Shown piece after piece: positions 1 to 8,832 of a stretch of 64,000 nucleotides of DNA. This DNA is from an uncultured Gammaproteobacteria bacterium (GTDB lineage Bacteria; Patescibacteriota; Microgenomatia; Daviesbacterales; UBA10151), in the NCBI GenBank assembly GCA_964360965.1, contig CAYHYM010000001.1:8878-72877 (forward strand), given 5' to 3'. The translations under genes were made by a program, and so were the position numbers. The notes under the pieces are model-generated. The model made no database searches and was not told where the DNA came from. It saw only the letters and a list, made by a program, of their open reading frames with translations. Position 1 is the first letter of the stretch. Every line of letters starts with the position of its first letter.

Positions 1-740
1 TTGATGAGATGCCAAAAGGCAGACCTCAAATAAAAACTTTTCTGGTCCCGGAGAAAAAAAGAGCGGACGGATACAAATTTATAGAAAAAAAGATCAAGAT
101 GGGTGATCAGGCCTACATCATCACTCCTTTGATTGAGCCGTCGGAGACACTGACCACAGTAAAGGCAGCCAAGATAGAATTCGTGCGGCTAAAAAAGATT
201 TTTCCTACTCTTACTTTGGGCCTTTTACATGGCAGGATGAAAGCCAAAGATAAAGAACAAGTTCTTAAAGACTTCCGATCTGGCCACATCCACATTTTAG
301 TGTCCACCTCAGTTGTTGAGGTTGGCATGGATATCCCCAATGCCACCATTATGGTAATTGAAGGCGCTGAAAGATTTGGTTTGGCTCAACTTCATCAATT
401 AAGAGGCAGAATTGGTAGAGGCACAAAAACCTCTTACTGCCTAGTCTACACATCCGGGGTGTCAACTGATGATAGGCGGCGGCTAAAATATTTGGAAACC
501 ACCTTTGATGGGCTGAAATTGGCTGAGCTAGACTTAAAAATTCGCGGCTCCGGGGAAATTTTTGGCACCAGACAATCCGGCAGGTTTGAATTCAAAATTG
601 CCTCTTTATCCAATTTGATAATGGTAGAAAAAACCAAAGCTGCTGCCCAAAAGTTACTTTCAGACAATCCTTCTCTTGACAAACATCCGCAAATAAAGAG
701 AAAATTGGAACAACTTGCGTCAAATGTGATGCCGGATTGA
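1..740 (+). CDS. recG: ATP-dependent DNA helicase RecG, C-terminal part (5' end outside window)
   Basis: Frame is open from the window start. Helicase C-terminal motifs present: HGRMKAKDKEQV, ILVSTSVVEVGMDIPNATIMVIEGAERFGLAQLHQLRGRIGRG. Confidence 0.8.
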   Translation, partial: DEMPKGRPQIKTFLVPEKKRADGYKFIEKKIKMGDQAYIITPLIEPSETLTTVKAAKIEFVRLKKIFPTLTLGLLHGRMKAKDKEQVLKDFRSGHIHILVSTSVVEVGMDIPNATIMVIEGAERFGLAQLHQLRGRIGRGTKTSYCLVYTSGVSTDDRRRLKYLETTFDGLKLAELDLKIRGSGEIFGTRQSGRFEFKIASLSNLIMVEKTKAAAQKLLSDNPSLDKHPQIKRKLEQLASNVMPD

Positions 741-775
741 CGCTTTGCGTCATCCCGCACTTGACAAAGGAAGCT

Positions 776-976
776 ATGCCTGGAGAACCAAAAAAAAGAC
801 ATTCAAAGAGTCGAAAGAGAATAAGAAGGGCTGCCATAAAACTGGTGGCAGCTTCTTTAATCGTCTGTAAAAATTGCGGCCAAAAAAGTCTGCCTCACAT
901 GGTTTGTAAAGAATGTGGATTTTATGGTGGGAAAGCTGTTATCAAAAAAAAGATATCCGTCACTAAAGTAAAGTAA
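776..976 (+). CDS. rpmF: 50S ribosomal protein L32
   Basis: PKKRHSKSRKRIRR N-terminus and CxxC...CxxC zinc ribbon. AGGAAG RBS lies 6 nt before the internal ATG; the ORF-track start at 737 is likely too early. Confidence 0.8.
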   Translation: MPGEPKKRHSKSRKRIRRAAIKLVAASLIVCKNCGQKSLPHMVCKECGFYGGKAVIKKKISVTKVK

Positions 977-1341
977 TGAAGACAGCCAGGGATCCCAGAC
1001 ATCTAAAACGCATCCATCTGATAAAACAACTTTTTTCCTGGGATTTTAACCAACAGGGGGAAGCTGGAGGACAAATTAAAGATATTACCAGACACTTAAA
1101 AAAAATAGACCACCTCATTTTGGAATCAGCCCCTCAAAGACCGCTAAAACAGATCAATAAAATAGATCTGGCTATCTTGCGTCTGGCTATTTTTGAGTTA
1201 ATAATTAAAAAAAATACCCCCATAAAAGTGGTGGTGGATGAAGCGGTTGAACTGGGAAAACAATTTGGATCAGCTGCCTCCAGCTCATTTGTCAACGGGG
1301 TATTGGGAACTTTAATAGAAAAGGAAGACATAAAAACTTGA
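976..1341 (+). CDS. nusB: transcription antitermination factor NusB
   Basis: NusB-like pattern AILRLAIFELI...VVVDEAVELGKQFG...FVNGVL. ATG overlaps the rpmF stop. Confidence 0.75.
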   Translation: MKTARDPRHLKRIHLIKQLFSWDFNQQGEAGGQIKDITRHLKKIDHLILESAPQRPLKQINKIDLAILRLAIFELIIKKNTPIKVVVDEAVELGKQFGSAASSSFVNGVLGTLIEKEDIKT

Positions 1342-1577
1342 ATCAAATAAACGAGGCTGAAATTATTAAAACTATAGCCGATCATCTGGGTGTGTCTTGG
1401 GAAGACATCAGCCGCAGCACCAATCTTTCGGATGATCTAACCTTGGGACAAATAGAGCTAAATGATCTACTACTGGCTCTTTCTCAAAAATTTAACGTGG
1501 AATTTGATCCGCAAGATCTGGAAGATTTGCAGACTGTTGATGACCTGATAGTTTTGGTGGAGGATAACTTATTGTGA
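1338..1577 (+). CDS. acyl carrier protein-like small acidic protein lacking the canonical DSL serine
   Basis: Helix II aligns to ACP (ELNDLLLALSQKF vs TVELVMALEEEF). The phosphopantetheine serine position reads Q (DLTLGQIE vs DLGADSLD). Position immediately upstream of rnc matches the Firmicutes acpP-rnc synteny. Confidence 0.55.
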   Translation: MNQINEAEIIKTIADHLGVSWEDISRSTNLSDDLTLGQIELNDLLLALSQKFNVEFDPQDLEDLQTVDDLIVLVEDNLL

Positions 1578-2257
1578 GAAATAACAATCTGCAAAATCTG
1601 CAACAACTTTTGGGAATAAATTTTAAAAATTTATATCTTTTACAAACAGCCTTTATTCACCGCTCATTCCTCAATGAAGTTAAGAGTAATCTTTCATCAA
1701 ATGAAAGAATGGAATTTTTGGGGGATGCGGTGTTATCTTTTATCATCTCATCCTATCTTTTTAAAATAAGACCCAAGGATACCGAAGGGGATTTAACAAA
1801 TCTCCGCTCTTTTATTGTCAAAACAGACTCCCTGGCCAAAGCAGCCAGTAAGCTAAACTTGGGAGAGTACCTTAAATTGTCAAAAGGAGAGGAGTCCTCA
1901 GGAGGAAGAGCAAGTATTCAACTTTTGGCCAATACTTATGAGGCCCTGCTGGGAGCAGTTTATTTGGATGGGGGCCTGGAGATGGCCCAAAAAATGGTGG
2001 AAAGAACACTGCTGCCAAATTTTAGGGATGAGCTCAAAATTGGCCCGCCCAAAGATGCCAAATCTGCCCTGCAGGAGATAACCCAGGAGCGTTTTAAAAA
2101 ATCACCATACTATAAAATTTTAAAAACTTCCGGCCCTGACCATGCCAAAACTTTTATGGTGGGAGTTTATATTAATGGAAAAATGATGGGGCAGGGCCAG
2201 GGAACCTCCAAACAAGAGGGGGAGGATAAAGCAGCCCAGAAAGCTTTAAAAAATTAG
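1574..2257 (+). CDS. rnc: ribonuclease III
   Basis: RNase III signature ERMEFLGDAVL plus a C-terminal dsRBD. Non-ATG (GTG) start. Confidence 0.9.
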   Translation: MRNNNLQNLQQLLGINFKNLYLLQTAFIHRSFLNEVKSNLSSNERMEFLGDAVLSFIISSYLFKIRPKDTEGDLTNLRSFIVKTDSLAKAASKLNLGEYLKLSKGEESSGGRASIQLLANTYEALLGAVYLDGGLEMAQKMVERTLLPNFRDELKIGPPKDAKSALQEITQERFKKSPYYKILKTSGPDHAKTFMVGVYINGKMMGQGQGTSKQEGEDKAAQKALKN

Positions 2258-2275
2258 CTAAATAAATTTCCACCG

Positions 2276-2304
2276 TTGACGCATGAGTAACTTTCAGATA
2301 TACT
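2276..2304 (+). promoter_or_regulatory. sigma70-like promoter of rpsP (TTGACG -35, 17-nt spacer, TATACT -10), predicted leaderless transcript
   Basis: TTGACG at 2276-2281 and TATACT at 2299-2304. The ATG at 2312 is 7 nt after the -10 and has no Shine-Dalgarno sequence. Confidence 0.45.
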
Positions 2305-2311
2305 TAATCTC

Positions 2312-2734
2312 ATGCTTAAGATAAGACTAATGAGGATTGGAGCCAAAAAAAGGCCATTTTATAGGATAGTGGTGGTTGATTCACGGGCCAAAAGGACTGG
2401 GGGGTATATTGAGCTTTTGGGAACTTATAATCCATTAACCGAACCCAAAGAGATCAAATTAAAACAGGATCGGATTAACCATTGGCTAAAGCAAGGAGCC
2501 CAACCCTCAGATGGATTTTTAAGAATAACCGGTAAAGCACCTCAAAGACCTCCCAGAAAGCCTAAGAAGGAGAAAAAAGAAGAGTCTTCGGCTGTCAGTC
2601 CTCAGCCATCAGATAAAACAAAGGAAAAGCCACAAGATTCGGAAGAGACGGCGAAGTCAAGTGAGTCAGAAGCAACTGGTGAAGTTGAGAGTGCTCCTGA
2701 GACAAAGGAAAAAGACAATGAAAGACCTTCTTAA
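2312..2734 (+). CDS. rpsP: 30S ribosomal protein S16 with K/E/S-rich C-terminal extension
   Basis: [34 protein letters not shown] is a canonical S16 N-terminus. Confidence 0.85.
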   Translation: MLKIRLMRIGAKKRPFYRIVVVDSRAKRTGGYIELLGTYNPLTEPKEIKLKQDRINHWLKQGAQPSDGFLRITGKAPQRPPRKPKKEKKEESSAVSPQPSDKTKEKPQDSEETAKSSESEATGEVESAPETKEKDNERPS

Positions 2735-3011
2735 TTATATTATTACCAATCTTGTTTCCAAACCTGAAGCTGTTGCTATTGAGGAACAAAAGGATAATGG
2801 CCAGGTTAATTTAAACCTATCAGTTGACCCCTCTGATATGGGCATGGTGATTGGCAAAGGGGGACAGACTATCAGGGCCATCCGCAAACTTTTGGCTGTC
2901 AGGGCCATAGCGGAAAATGTCATGGTAAATCTAAAATTAAATGAGCCTGTAGGAGCCCCACAAGAGATTGCCACCCTTCGAACCGCTCAGGGTAAACTGT
3001 CCTCGCAATGA
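2718..3011 (+). CDS. KH-domain RNA-binding protein (YlqC/UPF0109-like)
   Basis: [21 protein letters not shown] loop. Conserved position between rpsP and trmD. Internal ATG start chosen. Confidence 0.65.
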   Translation: MKDLLNYIITNLVSKPEAVAIEEQKDNGQVNLNLSVDPSDMGMVIGKGGQTIRAIRKLLAVRAIAENVMVNLKLNEPVGAPQEIATLRTAQGKLSSQ

Positions 3012-3015
3012 CGTC

Positions 3016-3735
3016 ATGAAAATTTCCATCATCACCCTTTTTTCAGAAGTTTTTGAGCCCATTTTAAACTCTTCCATTTTAAAACGAGCACAAAAAAAGG
3101 GCTTGGTGGAATTTGAACTTATTAACCTCCGTGACTTTGGAGAAGGAAAACACAAAGTGGTTGATGATCGACCATATGGTGGAGGAGCGGGCATGGTACT
3201 CAGAACTGACATTTTGGCTAAAGCTGTAAAATCGTTAGATCGTTTTGTCATTCATTCGTCAAACGAAAATGCGAAAAAGCGATATAAACGACAATTAATT
3301 TTAACTTCAGCATCAGGTAAACCTTATAAGCAGGAAATAGCCAGGAAACTTTCTCAACTCGATCATCTAATCATAGTCTGTGGCCATTATGAAGGAGTGG
3401 ACCAAAGATTTATAGAAAAGTACGTTGATAGGGAAATAAGTATCGGGGATTATATTTTAACAGGAGGTGAGATTCCCGCCATGGTCATTGTGGATTCCAT
3501 AGTCAGACTGATCCCGGGAGTCCTGGAAAAGAAAGAAGCAACAGTTAATGAATCCTTTACAGAAAATATTCTAGAAGGACCCCAATATACAAGACCAGAA
3601 GAGTTTGAAGGATCAAAAGTCCCCAAAATCCTCCTTTCCGGGAATCATCAAGAAATAAAAAAATGGAGACAAGAACAAGCTATTAAAAAAACCAAAAAAA
3701 TAAGACCGGATTTATTACGAGATAAAAGTTCGTAG
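3016..3735 (+). CDS. trmD: tRNA (guanine37-N1)-methyltransferase
   Basis: MKISIITLFSEVFEP...DDRPYGGGAGMVL and LTGGEIPAMVIVDSIVRLIPGVL match TrmD. Confidence 0.85.
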   Translation: MKISIITLFSEVFEPILNSSILKRAQKKGLVEFELINLRDFGEGKHKVVDDRPYGGGAGMVLRTDILAKAVKSLDRFVIHSSNENAKKRYKRQLILTSASGKPYKQEIARKLSQLDHLIIVCGHYEGVDQRFIEKYVDREISIGDYILTGGEIPAMVIVDSIVRLIPGVLEKKEATVNESFTENILEGPQYTRPEEFEGSKVPKILLSGNHQEIKKWRQEQAIKKTKKIRPDLLRDKSS

Positions 3736-3743
3736 TGGACGAT

Positions 3744-4442
3744 TTACTCAAATGGATTAACTTTGCCTTTGGAGACAAAAGATGGTTGAGCGGCCACTGC
3801 CTGAGATGGAAAATTTACTTCCAAGTTGGTCAGAAACTCTTCATCTTTTTCTGTTAATTTTGGCAAAGGAGCATCCAGATCCCCCAAAGATGAAGGCAGT
3901 GGGGCATAAAAAATATCCACACTCAAGGATACTTGAGACACCCCGGAGGCCCTGGCAGTGGTGATCTCAATCCCGGAAACCTTCATCACACGGACAGAAT
4001 CCTCAATACCTGATAAAAGTTGAGGCATCAGCGCGGATGGCCCTGACAGCTCCAGTTTGGTGGTAAAATCAGGCACTGCCTGAGCTGTCTGGGGCAATAT
4101 TGCTACTTGAAAAGAAACCAGCGTAAAACCGTTTTTTAAAACAATATTCTGCAGCGCGCCAATGATTTGCGGCAGTTCTTTATCAACAGGCAGTGACAAT
4201 AGAGATAAACTTACTTTTTTGGACAGCTCATCTTGGTCAAAACCTGAAAGATCTTGCGCCTTAACTTCCAAAAGGTAAGATCCTTGGGAAAGATTGAGAA
4301 TTGTTTTATTATCCAAAAGATAGTTTTTAATTTGAGGGAAGATTACAAAAACTATCAAAATTACAGAAGAGAAAGCCACCAGCAGGGGGAAAACTATCAG
4401 TTTATATTTTTGATAAAAATTTATTAAGGGCAAAATATTCAT
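3744..4442 (-). CDS. pilO: type IV pilus assembly protein PilO-like
   Basis: Single N-terminal TM followed by a periplasmic-type domain. Last gene of the pilM-pilN-pilO run. Confidence 0.55.
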   Translation of the reverse strand: MNILPLINFYQKYKLIVFPLLVAFSSVILIVFVIFPQIKNYLLDNKTILNLSQGSYLLEVKAQDLSGFDQDELSKKVSLSLLSLPVDKELPQIIGALQNIVLKNGFTLVSFQVAILPQTAQAVPDFTTKLELSGPSALMPQLLSGIEDSVRVMKVSGIEITTARASGVSQVSLSVDIFYAPLPSSLGDLDAPLPKLTEKDEEFLTNLEVNFPSQAVAAQPSFVSKGKVNPFE

Positions 4443-4444
4443 TT

Positions 4445-4984
4445 TTATTTAATTTTTAAGTTTGTCCTATATACTCCGTCCCTGCCCCGGGACAGGTTTT
4501 CTATATCAACAGCCCCAATTTTACCTTCGTTTATCTGCGGGTCTACCAGATCTCTCAAAAATAAATCCAGGGATAAATAATCAGCAGTGATGGCGGATAA
4601 ATTGACATTACCGGCCCGATCAGCCCCAAAAGAATTAACAATAATGGAGGGGGGGATAATGGCGGATATTAAATTAAAAAGCTGGGACTGTTTGGAAGGG
4701 TTAGATTTAATCTGTCTAATATTTGTAACCCTTGATTTTAAAACTTGCAGTTTTGCCTCCTGATCTTTAAGCTCAGACACTTTCCCTTGAGCTTGTTCAA
4801 ATTTTTCCCTCGCCAGCGTCAGATTTTGGCTTTGCAGAATCCTTAAAGCAAAAACTGTGGATGACAAAAAAGTTAAAATCACCATGACTGCAATAGACAA
4901 AACGCGGATTTTGTAAAACTTTTGTCCTTGTTTTTGAGCAAGGTTCACCTCCGGGGGTAATAAATTAATAGTGATTTTTTCCAT
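4445..4984 (-). CDS. pilN: type IV pilus assembly protein PilN
   Basis: INLLPPE motif, one TM, coiled coil. Immediately follows pilM. Confidence 0.65.
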   Translation of the reverse strand: MEKITINLLPPEVNLAQKQGQKFYKIRVLSIAVMVILTFLSSTVFALRILQSQNLTLAREKFEQAQGKVSELKDQEAKLQVLKSRVTNIRQIKSNPSKQSQLFNLISAIIPPSIIVNSFGADRAGNVNLSAITADYLSLDLFLRDLVDPQINEGKIGAVDIENLSRGRDGVYRTNLKIK

Positions 4985-6022
4985 TTATTCCTCTCTCAGC
5001 GCCAAACCAACTGCCACAGAGTAGAGCGGAGCCTCCTGGGACAGTTTAGAAACTAAAGATTTATCCTTTTGGATTAAATACCAGGGATCTGCCTCCTGCA
5101 CCTCCAGCCCCAGACTGTGGGCCAGGTAAATTACCAGTCCCGGCATTTTGGCTCCTCCTCCTGAGAGCACCACTCTTTTGAGCCTGTTTTGGGGATGTTT
5201 GACCTCATAAGATTGAATTACTCTTTTGATCTCCTCCAAAATTACATCCACCACAGGTTTTAAGGCTGCAAAAACCTTACCTTCCAACTGATCCTCAACC
5301 AGTCCGTAAACCTTTTTATATTCTTCTGCTTGCAAGAGCTCAAAATTAAAATTTTTGGAAAGGGAACGGGTCAGGGCCAATCCGCCTGTAGAGATGGAAC
5401 GGGTCAGCAGGATCAGCCCTTTTGATATAGCAACCAAATCAGTGGTGGTGGCGCCCATTTGAATAATTAAAGTATTAGGGGAAAAGGGATTATTGCCAAC
5501 CAGGGAGCGGGCTGCCGCAATTACCTCTGTTTCCAAAACTCTGGGAGTAAGTCCTGCCATATTAAGAACTTTAATATATTTTTGGATGACATTTTTGGGT
5601 GAGGCCACCACAAAAACGACAGTTCTCCCTTTTTTATCTTTCTCATCTGCTCGGGAGAGCATCTGCCAGTATAAATTAACCTCTGATGAGGGCATGGGAA
5701 TAAATTCCTCCGAAGCAAAGCGGATGGCAGAAGACAGTTCAGAATCGGAAAGATAGGGCAAATCATCTATCACTCTGGTAAAAACCCGCGACTCAGGAAG
5801 TGCTGCTACCACTTCTCTTTCTTCAATTCTGGCAGCCTCCATCAGCTTTTTAATAGCCACAGCCACTTGCTCAAGCTCTATATCAGAATCAGACAGCATG
5901 CCGGGCGAAGGCGCAGGAATTGCCCCCAAAGACACCAACCTAAACTGGTTATCTTTCTTGGATAAAACCACCACTTTAACTGAAGAGAACCCAATATCCA
6001 GTCCTACAGAAATTTTGGCCAT
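4985..6022 (-). CDS. pilM: type IV pilus assembly ATPase-like protein PilM
   Basis: Actin-like fold with SVGLDIGFSSVKVVVL N-terminus. ATG at 6022 is preferred over the TTG at 6043 used by the ORF track. Confidence 0.8.
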   Translation of the reverse strand: MAKISVGLDIGFSSVKVVVLSKKDNQFRLVSLGAIPAPSPGMLSDSDIELEQVAVAIKKLMEAARIEEREVVAALPESRVFTRVIDDLPYLSDSELSSAIRFASEEFIPMPSSEVNLYWQMLSRADEKDKKGRTVVFVVASPKNVIQKYIKVLNMAGLTPRVLETEVIAAARSLVGNNPFSPNTLIIQMGATTTDLVAISKGLILLTRSISTGGLALTRSLSKNFNFELLQAEEYKKVYGLVEDQLEGKVFAALKPVVDVILEEIKRVIQSYEVKHPQNRLKRVVLSGGGAKMPGLVIYLAHSLGLEVQEADPWYLIQKDKSLVSKLSQEAPLYSVAVGLALREE

Positions 6023-6030
6023 ATCTTCAT

Positions 6031-6058
6031 TGTCAATTGTCAATTGTCAATTGTCAAT
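6031..6058. repeat. perfect tandem heptamer (TGTCAAT)x4 filling the spacer between the upstream stop and the pilM start
   Basis: Four exact head-to-tail copies. On the coding (minus) strand they read ATTGACA x4, giving overlapping TTGACA hexamers. Confidence 0.9.
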
Positions 6059-7860
6059 TATTTGACTTGGTATGTTCCTTTAACCAGAGTATAAGACCCT
6101 CCCGGACCTGATGTAAACAGGATGGAGGATAAACCTGTTTCATAATCTATTATTGACTCATTGGTTATTTTTATTTTCCAGGCTGTTATCTCTTTAAATT
6201 GGTTATTATTACCCGGATCAATAATTCCTTTGTCCGCATAAAATACTCCGCTATTGCCTACATTGCCAATGGTGATGGCACTATTGTTATTGGTTCTTGA
6301 ATCATAAGTAGACAAAAGTACCAGTATACTGTTTCCTTCACCCGTACCCAAGAGTTTATTTTGATTACCCATGATAGCCTTTCCATTAGTTCCATCAGTC
6401 CCTAAAACTATTATCCCGGAACCAGTCCCATAAGAGGAATCTAGTATAAACCTATTCTCATTACCCATGGTAATATCTCCTGCTATCCATATCGGAGTTT
6501 TTACCTTAATGATGCACTGATTGCCCAAAGTCAGGTTGCCGCTAAATTTACCCGGGCCCCAGGCAGTTTGTGAACCGCAAACAGGTTGCGAAAGGGAGCC
6601 TGCAGCTACCGCCTCATTTTTCCATCCTGTTATATTAGCTTCGGATATAGGGAAGGTTTTGGGAGGGGGGTCTTCCGATCCAGGATGACAGTGTGAATTG
6701 GGACAAGCACTACCTGAAACAGTTGAATTAGTAATAGTCTGATAATAAGCATCTTTATCTATAATCAATCTGTCTATTGTATTTGCATGAGCATCACCGT
6801 TAACCCTAGTATTATTTCCTGAAAGCAGGGAATTGGTAGTTCCGCCCATATAAGCCTTAAAGCTTAGGTCTCCGGAAAAGGAATTCCAGCTAGGATTAGC
6901 AGCACTCCAGTTAGGTGACCATTTAGGTTGACCATTGTTGTAGCTTTGAGCCAAGTCATTTTGCCATGACCAGTAATTATTATTATCAGAGGAAGTATCG
7001 ACCATAATCCAATAAGAAATGTCTGCGGAGAGTGTGGGATTTGTGGAAAAGGTCACATCTATCCATCCGTATTCAGTTATCACCAAGCTGCTTGAAAGAG
7101 TTCCTGTAGCAAATACCTCATTTTTTTTAGGCTGTCCGCTATCGTCACCCAAAATTCTGACAGTTACATCCGGAGGATTACCGAATTTTTTTAACTTGAG
7201 AGAGACTTTTCTTATTTTATTTGTCACTTGTGGCCTAAAGCTTTGAGCAATATCCAATCTGTTTTGACTGTCAATTGTTTTCCCAAATAAATAGTCTACA
7301 CAATTTGATCCTTCACAATCTGTCTGCTGATCGGCAGTCGGAGGAACACCTGCTGCCACCCATGCATCACCGGTGATAATATTACCATTACCCATAATGA
7401 TACTGCCGTTTGAATAAATCGAACCTTTAATTGTATTTTCATTACCAAGCTGTAATCCTCCTTCTCCCACCTGTATACCGTAAATAAAGGCCGCCCCAAC
7501 TCCTTTGGAAGTCTCTATCCTTAAGGTCTTTTTAACCTTGGGGGAAGTTTTATTGGGGATGTATCCGGTGGAGGTGATAACTTTGGTGGCTACATCTTTA
7601 GTGGTAATAACAACAGCATATGATCCGTCTGATAAAGCTGTCTCTGTCTCACCTGAATAACTGCCGCCGGTTTTATTAAGTGATACCAAAGCCTTATCCA
7701 CTCCGGCTTCAGCCAGACCAAGGGCTTTTTCCGATCTGGTTGAGTAAACGGCATTTTGCCAATATACTTGAGCCCCTCCTATGATCACCAAGGTCAATAC
7801 CAGCATCACCCCCACCACAATCAGCACTATGGGAAAAATCTGACCCCTTGAACTAATCAT
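6058..7860 (-). CDS. large pilus-associated protein with PilX-N-like N-terminus and beta-helix-like Gly/Asn repeats (putative tip adhesin)
   Basis: N-terminal hydrophobic segment IFPIVLIVVGVMLVLTLVIIGGAQVYW plus ALGLAEAGVDKAL as in the PilX N domain. Repeated IMGNGNIITGD, ITMGNENRF and IMGNQNKLLG motifs. Confidence 0.5.
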   Translation of the reverse strand: MISSRGQIFPIVLIVVGVMLVLTLVIIGGAQVYWQNAVYSTRSEKALGLAEAGVDKALVSLNKTGGSYSGETETALSDGSYAVVITTKDVATKVITSTGYIPNKTSPKVKKTLRIETSKGVGAAFIYGIQVGEGGLQLGNENTIKGSIYSNGSIIMGNGNIITGDAWVAAGVPPTADQQTDCEGSNCVDYLFGKTIDSQNRLDIAQSFRPQVTNKIRKVSLKLKKFGNPPDVTVRILGDDSGQPKKNEVFATGTLSSSLVITEYGWIDVTFSTNPTLSADISYWIMVDTSSDNNNYWSWQNDLAQSYNNGQPKWSPNWSAANPSWNSFSGDLSFKAYMGGTTNSLLSGNNTRVNGDAHANTIDRLIIDKDAYYQTITNSTVSGSACPNSHCHPGSEDPPPKTFPISEANITGWKNEAVAAGSLSQPVCGSQTAWGPGKFSGNLTLGNQCIIKVKTPIWIAGDITMGNENRFILDSSYGTGSGIIVLGTDGTNGKAIMGNQNKLLGTGEGNSILVLLSTYDSRTNNNSAITIGNVGNSGVFYADKGIIDPGNNNQFKEITAWKIKITNESIIDYETGLSSILFTSGPGGSYTLVKGTYQVK

Positions 7861-8413
7861 TTCTCAAATTTGCCTCTGATGTGGCCACATTTGTCTCCTC
7901 TTCTCTGCCTGTTTTTTGTTTTAACCTTAAGGTAATTTTGACTTTGACAGCAGAGGTGGGGGAAACTGCTATCCCCAAGGAGTCAAAATAGGCAAAATTA
8001 ACACTGTCCACATTCAGTGACAATATTTGATCCTGTGATTTTCTGCTACTTAAACTATCGGGGAAAAGCTTAAAAATTAGTTTGTCTGAATCTTTACTAA
8101 AAACCACGAAGTCAAAAGTATTTATTAAAACATTGTCAGAAGAATCAATGGAGGGAATTTTTAAAACCACTGTTGAAGAGGAAGAGGTGTAATCAGGGGA
8201 AATCACAGGATATCCGGATGCCACAGATTGGGCCTCCTTTAAAAACCCCCGGATTTTACTCAGAGTGTCATTGATTGATAAACCTTGAGAAACTTTTTGA
8301 GATTGATTATAGAAAACCCCGCTGCCTTGTACCAAAATCCCAAGCAGTAGCCCTCCCACTAAAACTGCCACCACTGAAGCGATGATGACCTCAGGCAGGG
8401 TAAAACCTCTCAC
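7853..8413 (-). CDS. minor type IV pilin (prepilin-type N-terminal cleavage/methylation)
   Basis: MRGFTLPEVIIASVVAVLVGG class III signal with G-F-T-L-x-E. Confidence 0.7.
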   Translation of the reverse strand: MRGFTLPEVIIASVVAVLVGGLLLGILVQGSGVFYNQSQKVSQGLSINDTLSKIRGFLKEAQSVASGYPVISPDYTSSSSTVVLKIPSIDSSDNVLINTFDFVVFSKDSDKLIFKLFPDSLSSRKSQDQILSLNVDSVNFAYFDSLGIAVSPTSAVKVKITLRLKQKTGREEETNVATSEANLRND

Positions 8414-8832
8414 AATCCTCCTTCTGAGATCAAAGTCTGCAATTTAACTTCTCTATCTTTACCTTCCTCTTTCCATTTCACAGATGCTATAACATTTTTG
8501 GCATTTTCAGAAAGGGTACAAACACTGGCAGGACAATTCTCCACCAGGGTTTTCCCCAAAGAAGAAGGTAGCAGATTTAACCTGGAATCTATAATATTAT
8601 TTTCACCGTCTGCCAAATTAATATAACCTGTGGTCCTTTTATCCTCCAAAGCTTTGCTGGCTATTTCCCGGGCCAAACTTTCATGTCGCGATCTTCCAAT
8701 CAGGTTAACAGAGGGGGGGATATTGGCAATCACCAGAATTAAAAAACCAACTGTGGCTATCACCAAAAGTATCTCCACCAGGGAAACACCTTTACTTTGA
8801 AATTTCTCCTGCTGAAAAAATGGCATAGTCAA
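8410..8832 (-). CDS. minor pilin / pseudopilin
   Basis: KGVSLVEILLVIATVGFLILV prepilin-like N-terminus. Confidence 0.65.
   Translation of the reverse strand: MTMPFFQQEKFQSKGVSLVEILLVIATVGFLILVIANIPPSVNLIGRSRHESLAREIASKALEDKRTTGYINLADGENNIIDSRLNLLPSSLGKTLVENCPASVCTLSENAKNVIASVKWKEEGKDREVKLQTLISEGGL

Noticed and set aside
113-837. Minus-strand ORFs 113-349, 446-802, 592-837 and many similar antisense ORFs inside gyrA, gyrB, pilB, pilC and the surface genes
   Set aside because: They are fully nested antisense to strongly supported genes and have no domain signal. Treated as non-coding.
6023-6043. TTG start at 6043 for pilM used by the ORF track
   Set aside because: It would make pilM begin inside the heptamer repeat. 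The ATG at 6022 gives the canonical MAKISVGLDIG PilM N-terminus.
6031-6058. Possible CRISPR array because of tight tandem repeats
   Set aside because: Only 28 bp of contiguous 7-bp units with no spacers. No cas genes or longer repeat-spacer arrays are present anywhere in the window.
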